Origin: Bugula neritina
Lineage: Eukaryota; Animalia; Bryozoa
Reading direction: 5' to 3'
Length of the DNA stretch: 64,000 nt
Assembly (NCBI GenBank): GCA_964035545.1
Contig: OZ037767.1
Span: 17,171,781-17,235,780 of the forward strand
Under the pieces are notes generated by a model. That model searched no databases. It was not told where the DNA came from and worked only from the letters and a program-made list of their open reading frames with translations. Made by a program: the position numbers and the translations under genes. Below, in pieces: positions 13,601-25,200 of the stretch. The number at the start of each line of letters is the position of its first letter. The first letter of the stretch is position 1.

Positions 13601-14407
13601 CCTAAGAAGTTCATGCCATACTCCGCAGGTAACGTATTATATATATTACTACTCCGCAGGTAAACTATTATATATATTACTACTCTGCAGGTAAACTCTC
13701 CTATATATTACTACTCCGCAGGTAAACTCTCCTATATATTACTACTCCGCAGGTAAACTCTCCTATATATTACTACTCCGCAGGTAAACTCTCCTATATA
13801 TTACTACTCCGCAGGTAAACTCTCCTATATATTACTACTCCGCAGGTAAACTCTCCTATATATTGCTACTCCGCAGGTAAACTCTCCTATATATTGCTAC
13901 TCCGCAGGTAAACTCTCCTATATATCTCTATTCAAGAGAACACGACTCTCTGTTTATGCTTAATAAAATACATCTTGATGCCACGCTGCCTCGAGTCAGC
14001 AGCCCAACTCTGTTTGTTATTCATGTCCTGTTCAAGTGCTGCCTCTTCTCTCTGACAGCGTGTCTCAAGACAGCTCAGCTGCCATCTCATGAATATTCAG
14101 CGTATACACTCCTGGGGGGTCGACAGCGTACACTCCTGGGGGGGTCGACAGCGTATACACTCCTGGGGGGGTCGACAGCGTACACTCCTGAGACACGTCA
14201 GCAAAACTCTGTCTGTGTGTTGCAGGTGTGAGGTCGTGTCTAGGTCAAACCGTCAGCCAGTGGCAGATCTTTCTCTTCCTCACTGCTATTCTGCAGAAGT
14301 TCAACATCAGCCTCTCCGGGGACGTCAAACCTGATGTCTACGGACTCATCAGATTTCCAGGAGAATTTAAAGTTTCCTTCAAACCCAGAGAGTCGTCTGC
14401 TCTTTAG
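7660..14407 (+). CDS. Cytochrome P450, CYP2 clan, 496 aa. Exons: 7660-7677, 8835-8961, 10861-11070, 11515-11664, 11865-12045, 12158-12345, 12691-12812, 13096-13252, 13473-13628, 14226-14407
   Basis: Phase-consistent GT-AG exons totalling 1491 nt. N-terminal anchor plus PPGPFPMPLIGN, KKYGEIF, DFIDHYL, EIKR (ExxR), FKPDRF (PERF) and the heme motif PYSAGVRSCLG. Exon 1 is the least certain. Confidence 0.92.
13615..13925 (+). repeat. 31-bp minisatellite (~10 units) made of the exon 9/intron 9 junction (CTACTCCGCAG|GTAAACTCTCCTATATATTA)
   Basis: Directly visible; the first unit contains the real donor site. Confidence 0.92.
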
Positions 14408-17400
14408 TCACATGACCTGAATGTATCACCAAGTGTACAGAGTTTACTATTAATATTATAAATATCTACAAGATAACTAATAGTTTAGGGATGTATTTAG
14501 TGATATAGTGTAATAATATAGTATATAATCTATATATATACATGTCATGGATTTATCATATCGTGTATCAACATAGTTGCATAATATGCTGTGTTGTTTT
14601 GTTAGTCAGTGAAATTATTTTTGTTATTAAAGAATAGAGACTTATTATTGTACTATTTTCTGTGATTTTTTCAACCAGCTGTATGTTATATTTATTACAT
14701 ACAATAATATAGCTGCGTTTATTCTAGCTATAATCATTGACGTGCGGGTCGTACTACACAACCTACTATAAAATAAGTCACGTGTTTATTGGTCAGGGTA
14801 GTCTATGTCAAGAACATTTTTCTGTTAACTTCGGAGAATTCAATGTTGTGTTATTTATTATTATTTATTCCTGCACTACTGTTTTACGAAAGTAACAATA
14901 AATCACTAATAAAATATAACTCAGTTGCCATATTTCAAACAGAATTCATTTGTCTATGGTTTATATCAGTAAAGGGGATAATCCTTGAATACAGCAATAC
15001 TATAGATTATAGAATATAGATAACAGAAATATGTGATGCCGTATGCTTGCAATCTAGTATCTAAATATATGTAACACTTGACCCACTGCAGGGCATACCT
15101 GTAACTCATACACCTTCAATTCTCTCCTCATGCGTTCACATGTCACATGCAGCTTTGTATTCTATGAAATTGAAAGAAAGGGATTTTTACTAAAGTGAAT
15201 GATCTATTTTTATTATGTATAGAGATAGCTTCGGCATAGCAGACTGCGCTTTAGTGATTCCTTTATGTTCATGTTTAAAATGTGGAAAGAAATTTGAGTA
15301 CATTTTGTATAGTGAATGATATGTGGGTTACATTGTATAATACAGACTTGAATATATCTAGGTCACGTGTTAACTCAGCTATAATATAGACTAGGTGCCG
15401 AGTTTAAGCTGTGGGACTGACAGTAACAAAGTATAGTCAGAAAGAGGCTAAGCAATCTCAGACCAAGAAGCTCTAATTTCAGGTAAATTTGTTACATCAC
15501 AAATGTTAAATAATTATAAGTAAAATAACACATTATATAAGCATGTACTTTTTGATTACTTTACTTCTATTTATACATAATACAGTAAAAACTGTTTATG
15601 TTTACAAGCACACTATAACTGTAAGCTTTATTACTATTACCATACAATGTTATTGTAGCATGATAAAAATACAAAAAATTGAAATATAAAATATAGAAAA
15701 ATGGTCAATTTTAAGAATATTTTCAAGCTACTCTACAAAGTGAGAGCATTGTACTAGGAAGCAAATTTAACCTTATTCTAAAAAATCTACTCAAATATTT
15801 ATTATATTCTATGTCTATGGTTTATAACACAAATTATATCAATATGTATGCATGTAACAGCTAACTATAATATGTACTGTAGACATATTATAGACAACTA
15901 TAGACATATTATAGACAACTATAGACATATTATAGACAACTATAATATGTACTGTAGACATATTATTTTATGTGTAGTATACAGAAAGGGTCTATAAACA
16001 TTTATTTATCTCTTTTTGTGATTTTCTCACACTCATTGTAAGGCAGCATGCATGAACTTGTGAGATGACAGCACATTGGCAATCCCCATGAGCTGCACAC
16101 ATTGTGTTCACACACTGACATGCTGTATATAATAGTCCCATGTTTTAACCTGCCAACATGTCTATATATAGAACAGCCCATGTAATAACTTTCCTATACA
16201 CTTACATCATAATGAATATAGATTACATAAGCAAATCAACTTGTCAGGCAAGTTGTGTCATGGTGAGGCTGGGGTCGTGAACCCCTACGCGGAAACAGAG
16301 TAGAACACAGTCTAAACTAGCTGAGATCTCGCATAAGTTTTTATAAACACTCCATGCAAAGTATATGAGACGGAAATGGTAGACATGAAAACAGCCTGTA
16401 TAAAGTAGAACATTGATCATTTCAGGTTAACTTTTAGTTTTGAAATGTTGAGGATGGCTATAAAAGCTTTATATGTATGCTTAGAAATCAAGCTTTACTA
16501 AAAAAAGCTTTTTACAACTTTGCTCACAGCTGATTGTATAATAGCAGCTTTCTTTTAGTAATTTTTCAACTATAACTTAAATTTTCACATCTTCTTATTT
16601 TATTTTTATTGTGTTATTTAAACTTTTGAACGCTATTCAACTTTTTACTGAACTCCTATGAATCACAAGTTTAGAAACACAATTTTCTATATCGCTGGTA
16701 TCTTTCTTTGTTTTACAATACCTTCTATAGTCTCTTTTCTGCTTAACTCAAACCCAAACTCCAAGTTTGTTAAACTCAATTACTATCCCAACTACTGCAT
16801 GCTGATTGGATGCTTCAAGGCAAGTATAACAGCCAATTTCTAATTGGTTGCAGTCTATAACTGCAAGAACCTCTCCATAGTGATTACCTATAGGGTCATT
16901 CTTGCAGATGGTTCAACATGTATAGTACACATGCCTTGACACCAGCATATTATTTCTGTCTTCCAAATTTAAAGCATATTACTGTTGCACTTATTAAATG
17001 GGTCTCATTAAATTACTCTAGAAGTTGTCTTCTTTCTACTTACCTTTGGAATCATCTTCTTTGTGAAAATGTAAAACCTGACATAATGCTTAGAAAAAGA
17101 AATGAATTAGAGTTTGAGCCCTAAACTCATTTCATTTATGCCTGAGTTACGAGTCTTTAAACTCGAAATTATTCAAGAGAACAACTCCTGTTGCCAATGG
17201 ATTGTAATAGTAGTATGCTTTGACAAGTGACATCACCATGCAAGTGCAACATCCACTCTTTTCATGTTCATCACATTAGACTCATTCAAAATGAACAATT
17301 GACTAAACAACAACAATATATCACAAGAATCAACTTAGTGTAGTATTGCTTTCTCAGAGGCTATGCTAAGATTACTCTTTCATTACTTCAGTGAAATTCT

Positions 17401-18183
17401 TAGCATCAAATAGTCGTATTATTTGATATTATATCTGAAATAGTTTATATATTTATCAGCTTGCAATCTGGTGTGAAACTTCACAAATATCTTTATGATT
17501 CATTACTATAAAACATTAATTATTTATATAAATTTTTTATAACATTCAATTTTATATTTAATATTCATTATGCATTTACCACAAAAAGTATGAACATAAT
17601 GTTAACGAGCTCATATCACAGCCACATGGCTAAATAGCTTTAGGGAAAACACAGGAAACAAGAGCTTTTCTAAATATGTTGTGTGGTAATCGTTTATATA
17701 AACAGTGCAGAGCTGTTTGAGAGCTGTGATTTAATTGGTTAGCACTTGATAGCACCGCTCAAGTACAATCTAACAGTAAATATCAATAATGATATACAAG
17801 GAGTTATGTTATAATAATAAATACATTTCTCACCTATTGCTAGCACTCCTACTCTCGTATATAAGGTGTATAATTGTGTAACGCAGCATTCTAGGAACGT
17901 TAGCTCAACGCTGCACATATACAAGCAGTAGTGTATTAGAGCTGTGTATAGCTGTACTCTGTGCCCTGCCTTACACTTGCTCTTTCTATTGTTCAACTCA
18001 TTTTAGTTAATTTAAAACTTGGTCAAAAATGCATTCCTCAAACAAACAACAACAATGATAAATCTGGCAGCGCAGGTAAACACATAGATAGGTGCAAGGA
18101 AACTTAGTTCAACTGTTTATTTTATGTTTGGACATGCAGCAGTGAAGGTTTTTGGTGGACAAACAAGTTTTGTTGTGTTTTAG

Positions 18184-18246
18184 CAGTCGCCTGGCTTAGC
18201 TAGGAATACAGAGAGTTCTCCTGCACCGTCCTTCCCCGAATCTGAG
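18184..18246 (+). other. Probable 5' UTR exon of the DEG/ENaC gene
   Basis: GC-richer segment flanked by tttTAG and GAG|GTAAGA. Another donor-like site (CAG|GTAAAC) lies at ~18075. Confidence 0.4.
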
Positions 18247-19280
18247 GTAAGAGTAAGAACTCAAACTATACTGATTAGTGACTTAAATATATTATATTAT
18301 ATAGTTTGACTTGTTTTATTTATTATATAAAGTATTATATTATCATGATAACTATATTAGCTATTACTATTATTATGTAATAAACATGTGGAATATACTA
18401 AATACCATCTGATAGTCACAACTTGGGCTCCACTTTAAGTCTTTAGCCTGCTTTCTAACTGATTTCTTTTCTCACACTTCTAAGAATTCATTTTTAGCTT
18501 AATTAATTATTTTTATAAGTTTTGTTGTCTCTCATTAAAGCGTAGTAACATATAGTTTGTATTAATTAGTAAAGCCAGTTACTTATTATGTAATAATATC
18601 ACTTTCAGGTATACATTAATGAATTATTAAAATATATGCTGTATATTATACTATTTGAGTGCATCATGCATACAATTACCTTTTATGTTATACAATACAA
18701 CCTGCCATTGAAAGCTTTTAAACACATTTATTATTCGGTGACCAGCTTGTTAGTTGATAGTGCTCATCAAATTTAAAAACTAATATGTTATTGCAATGTA
18801 GTAGTTGATAACATATAAACTTTATAAAATATTATAATTATAACTATTACAATAATTATATTATAGTAAAGCGTTGTGGAAAGTCTTAAAAATTTTTAGT
18901 TCAACTAATTTTAAGTGATGCTAATGTTTTAGAACAGTATATTGTGTTATCGTATAAAATATTGTAATATATAGTATATGATATTTTAATATAGTATATA
19001 ATATTGCAATACAGTATATAATACTGTTATGTAGTATATTATATTATACCATATAGTCAAAAATATTATAATATATATATTATAATAATTCTTTGCAATT
19101 GCAATTTCTTGACAATATAATTTTATATCATGTATTAATATTCATGTATCAGAAAAACCATGATAGAAAATGAAAATCAACTGAATTTAGCTTTTGCAAA
19201 CAGATTTTGCACATTATTATTTTTGGCTTCAGTCAGAGCACAGTGCAAATAGCAGGGAGGCAATACACCCCTCCCCAAAC

Positions 19281-22200
19281 ATGGCAGGAAATGCAGACGA
19301 GGAAGCTAGCTCTGAGAAAATAGAACTGTATGAGGCCTACTGGATCCAGAATACCACCGCCCACGGGTGTTCCAGACTGGCAAATACTGCCAAGTTTCAG
19401 AGATTCGTCTGGGTTCTTGCCTTACTGAGTGAGTCTATGAGTGAGTCTATGAGTGAGTGTGTAACTGAGTGTGTAACTGAGTGTGTAACTGAGTGTGTAA
19501 CTGAGTGTGTAACTGAGTGTATAACTGAGTGTGTAACTGAGTGTGTAACTGAGTGTGTAACTGAGTGTGTAACTTGATTAAAATTGGTTTGCAAAACTTA
19601 TGCTTAGTGAACCTAATCAAGAGTTCAAGGTTTTTATACATTAATGGGTTTATATTTTGCTGCTGAAAGTTTTGCAGATTTTTACCAGTAAACCACCTGC
19701 TTTCACCTGTCACTTGTTCAATCTGTCAAAACAACTGACAGCAGGTGCTCTCTCTCCATAGTCTATATTCATAGTATAGGTTGATGACTTGCTAAGTAGT
19801 GCATCCACAGCAATGATTATGGAGTAACACACCAGTACTGTAGTACTTCCCGGTGTCATTTTATATAGAATAGCTGTATTTGATATAATTTTGCTTAAAC
19901 ACCAAGCTTTGCTTATAGTTTATACGGCACAATTGTACACACCCACTCAAAACTTAGACATCTATGTTGGGTTAAAATATAATATTTTGTTTTCCACTGC
20001 CACATACCTACTCTAGTTTATTATAAGTTTGTTTGTAAAATTCAATACAATTTGGTTCACATCACTGCGCCAGTAAAATTAGACAGCTAGAGATAGAAAT
20101 GACTTGAGGTTGGCCAAGCTCACACCTTGAGGTTAAAAAGCATTTATATAAACTGCATAATACAGTTTTACCTGCTGAATTACAACTTTTATAAGTTCAA
20201 TGATTTGTCTATCGATCTCAGTTATCACTCAGTGTTAGATGTTTATATTACATATAAATGTTTTTGTTTAAAACTTTAATTAATCTGCTGTAAAACATGC
20301 TGAATACCATGTTACAAGGTCAGTAAACCAAGTGTAACTATATACGTGTATGTTTGATGTACATTTAAATTGTACATTAAAAAGCAATTGTTTCATCGGA
20401 AAGAAAAAACTTCAAACTGTATTTATATTGTAGCTTGCTTTGTGTACGTCTCCATTGAGGTCTACAACAGCTTTGACTTCTACTATCAGTATCTCACCAC
20501 AACAGAGATCAATAAAATCAATAAGCCAGAGATTCCATTTCCTGCTGTAACCATCTGCAACTTCAACAGGTGAGAAACTCACCACTTGTGGTTCTTCATT
20601 GCATAATACCTTATTCATGCTTATACATGCTTATACCACCTTATTCATGTTTATACATGCTTATAATACTTTATCTATGCTTATATATGCTTATGTATGC
20701 TTATACCACCTCAATCATGTTTATAAACGATTATGCAACCTTATATATGCTTACACATACTTATACATGGTTACGATACCTTATACATTGCTATTCATGC
20801 TTATTTATGCCTATTCATGATTTTCAGCCTGTATCTACATTTATTGAGGGTTATTTATCTAATCATGAGTATATTTCGCTTTAAAGTACTTACACAAAAC
20901 GCAGGGTTTAAACAATTCCCAGTGGTTAAAAAACCATCGCTAATTTCAATGGAAGGTTTCGCTTTCCTATGGCAGGTTTCAGCAATTGCTGACAGCTCAA
21001 TAAGTTTTACACAGTATTAGCAGCAGAAGACATTATCAACGGTTTCTAACAAGAATGTCAAGAAAAACTTAAAGAGTTATTTCTGCTAGTAACACTAATT
21101 CTTCTAGCGTCATTTTTATACAAGTCTTCACCAGGGAAGGTACTAAAAATTGCGTCTAGTCTACATGTCATTACTATAAATAGCACCATTTGTTATAATT
21201 CAGTGAGTTATCCTTTTATGTTAAATTAAGTACAAAGTAAATGGCATACATGTAGGAGTTGTGAATATGCATACGTGTGATTCATATTGGGATACTGCAC
21301 TAAATAGCTGAAAGCACAACTTCCACACTGTTACAACAGTGTAGTGAAGTTTTGTGTTATAAATAGGAAATACATTATTATTGAGATTTTCTTCACAGTT
21401 GAGTTAAGAGTCATAGAGAGGTGAACCAATCAATAAGTGACACAACGAGTTGGTAATTATACACTTCGATACTCCATATTCTGTCCTCGAGGATTCCCAG
21501 AGGTGCTAATTTTGAGTGTAAACATGTTTGACTTTACATGCACTACGGACACACTTATGCATATTCATAAATATAATCTCGCTCGTCACACATCTGTAGA
21601 CGGAGTAAAGGGGATAAGCACCGGATGTGCTGTATTCATTAATATACTTATGATAACCTTAGCAAAGTTCTTACCAGTTTCAGTTTCAACACCCATGCGC
21701 TTTAAAACTGCACTAGTGGTAGTTAAACATGTTGTATTTTAGTTGGTTTATGGGCTATGTAATTAGTTGTTTTAGTGAATGAAGAAGCTACCACTATAAC
21801 GTTACACTTATTTTATATCATAAAGTTAATACTGTAGCATTACACTGACAATGTACCATAGAGTTGACACTGTAGCGCTACACTTGCATTGTGTGATAGG
21901 CTTAACACTATAGCATTACACTGATAGAGTTAATATTGTAGCATTACACTTCCTTTGTGTAAAAGAATTACTACTGCAGCAATGCACTTCCTTTGTGTGA
22001 TAGAGTTAACACTTTAGTGGTACACTTGTTCAGGTGGCGGAAGTCTCACTTGGATGAAGACACGGTGGAGCAGTTGAAGGGAATCGTTGCCCTCTACAGT
22101 TACGACTACGTCATCCCTGACCTTGACACCAACGAAGAGAATCTAGATGAAGTGCTTAGCAGTGAGTTACTCTCTCTTGCTATGTTCTTAGGCTATAACT

Positions 22201-25200
22201 AAGGCTATAAATACACCTTGACCTAGCACTGACCTTGAGACAGGCACACGCCCAGTATTGTTACTTTGCTGTGATATATTCTTGTTTACATCAAAGTTTA
22301 TGTTTATAGTAATAAGTTTAAAACATGCAAAATCTCGAAAAAGTTTTCGTTTTAATAATTCTAAGCCGAAAGCATACAAGAAGCTCTTGTGAGATATAAT
22401 ATAATATAGCATAGCACATAATATAATGCAATATATTATAATTTAGCATGGCATATAATATAATGCAATATAATATAATATAATGTAACATAATATAAAT
22501 AGAGTGAATGTAATGTAATGTTATATAATATATAATATAATAGAATGTAACATAATATAATATAATATAATATAACATATTATAATATAATATAATATAA
22601 TATGATATAATATGATATAATATAATAAAATATAATATAATATAATATAATATAATATAATATACCGTAAGAAAAGCGAAGTGTTACTCTCGCCTCGTGT
22701 TATCGCATACAGATATACTTCCAACTGCAAAACCGGTACGTGTGGAGACAACAACTACCACAGCCCCACCGGTAGAATGTGTCCTTCCACCCACACCTCT
22801 CGGCATCACGTATGAGGTCGAAAGTGAGTTGACCAATCAGAGCACAGTGCTAGTTGGCAGCACAATCAGATACGTCTGCACTGTGTCCTACATGGTGTTG
22901 AGGGACGGAGATGAGGTGCATATCTGTACAGAGAGCGGACAATTCCAGGGAAAAGTTCCGATGTGTGTAGACTGTGAGTATATTATAGAGTTTAGAGTAT
23001 GGGGGTATAATGTGCCACCCTTAGGTTATGTGTCGTACTACGGCCCTGAGTTTATTTGATATGTCGATATTTTATTCTTAAATCCAACTTCAGTTTAAAT
23101 TTCATTTTATAGATATTATATTTGCTATGTAATAGATAATGTACAATATAGGGAGCAGCCATACACTAGGGGTTAGAGCATTTGCCTAATAAACACAATT
23201 AGGTCATGGGTTCAAACCCCAACAAAAGCCGTTAAGGTGATGTTAGGAAGAGCATCCTGTCATCATTGCTTCTGTGCCTCATGTGAATAAGTCCTTAGGC
23301 TTATTTAACAAAAACCCTTTCCATCAGGGATTTTCTCACAGGGATAGTGACTATAAACTTGCGTGAGTTTTTGTTATATAATTGATATGTATAATAGTTG
23401 ACATTTGAAATATAGTGTACATAGTATATGTAATGTTATATATTGCAAATGAAACATATAATATATAAAAATATATTACAACATACAACTTATAACATAT
23501 AAAAATATATATTATATAAACTAGAGCTTTGAAATCCCGTATATATACCTAATTTCCTAGTTGAAGAGGCGGGGGAGCGATACACAATAGCCAATAACAA
23601 GTCAGATCCTGAGGCTATGGCTGTTTCCACCACTGTGGCTACAGAATACAACAGCCAGCCTCTCAGTGACATGACTCTGTGCTTCTGGATAAGGAGTAGT
23701 GCGGGCAGTACGCTGGGCACCGTAATCTCCTACGGGGTTGGGGGTAAGTTCACAGGCTATGAAGAGTTATGGAAGCATTTCCTGGCGTATGCTTCATGAG
23801 AGAGTTTCACTATTTGCTCACCATGTCAAACTCATGGGAAAGCGATTCTAAAACAACACTATGCACCCACTCTATGCATTCACATAATATACAATATGGC
23901 TGTATGATATTAGTTATTAGTGTTTGACTATAAGATTCTATATATATTATGTTATTTAAACTTTATACAGTAGGTGGTGTGTAACATGTGGGTTATGTGA
24001 CAATTATAATACAATACAATACAACAAAATGTAAGATTTGTAATACAATGCAGTGTAGTGTAGTGCAGTGTAGTGTAGTGTAGTGCAGTCCAGTGTTATG
24101 CAATGTAATATGTGTTTCATGTATTGTATTGTAGAGGGAGTGTAGTATAATATAATACAATGCATGTATTATTTCATAGTATTAAGTTTACTTGTAGTTA
24201 CTTTCTCTTTGCAGACGATTCGATTCTCTCAGTCATTCAAACTCCCCAGAAGCTCTCTTCAGTCTACGGTCTGAAATATAAACTCTTTGGTATAGAAGGT
24301 AGAGCTATTACACTGACTAGCTACGGTCAGTGGAACCCCTTTTGCCTGCATTACTCGACTGGAGATGCTGGATCTAAGGTACTAAGTCTTTCTTGTAGAC
24401 TGTGAACTGTTCACTTAAACTCTATCATACAAACTAGTATGTGTTAATTTAGTAGAGATGTCTTCTCTTCGTAGAGTTGTGCTTCTTTAGTGAAGTTGTT
24501 TTCTCTTGTTACACTCACACAAAACAAAGATTCTCCAAGTAGCTAATACTTACTGCTCTAAGTTGTAATAACTAAATTATATTCATTTTAAGGTGCTTCA
24601 ACTTGAGCATCCGTATATAATTTCTTTTTTTTCCTTCTGCACAAATTTGTTGTCTTTGTATGAAAGTTTTTACGCTTGAAGTTATCTTCTCTCTAAGCAT
24701 TGTGTTTTTTATTATTTGTGCTTAAAGTGTCTATTTTCGGCGCTGTCTTTACTTTCTAACTAATTTATACATTTCGTTTATAAGCAATGCTACCTTTTGC
24801 ACTACATTTCACCAGCTGTTGCATTTACTTTTATTGTAGCAGTATTTTATCTTTTGCTATATTGCCGTTATTTGCTCTGCAATTTTTACTTATTCAGTTC
24901 CAGGCATCTCTCCAGGTACTGTATATACAACGTATAGACTAGCGTCTTAACATTGTAAACTATATTAAGTTCTTGTCACCATGATGTCTACGTTCACTCA
25001 CATTCAACAACTAATCTGAGCTTTGTAGGCATCATTGTAATTATTAGTCAATAACATCTACTAAATTTCTGATTGCTTTCATATGAAAGTTGATATATAA
25101 TTGTTAGTTGCCTTCAGGTAGACTGGCCTAACAAATTAGCAGCAAAGGGATAGCTGTTAGTGTAGCTCTGTTGTAAAAGTACCTCCCCAAAACAAAACTC

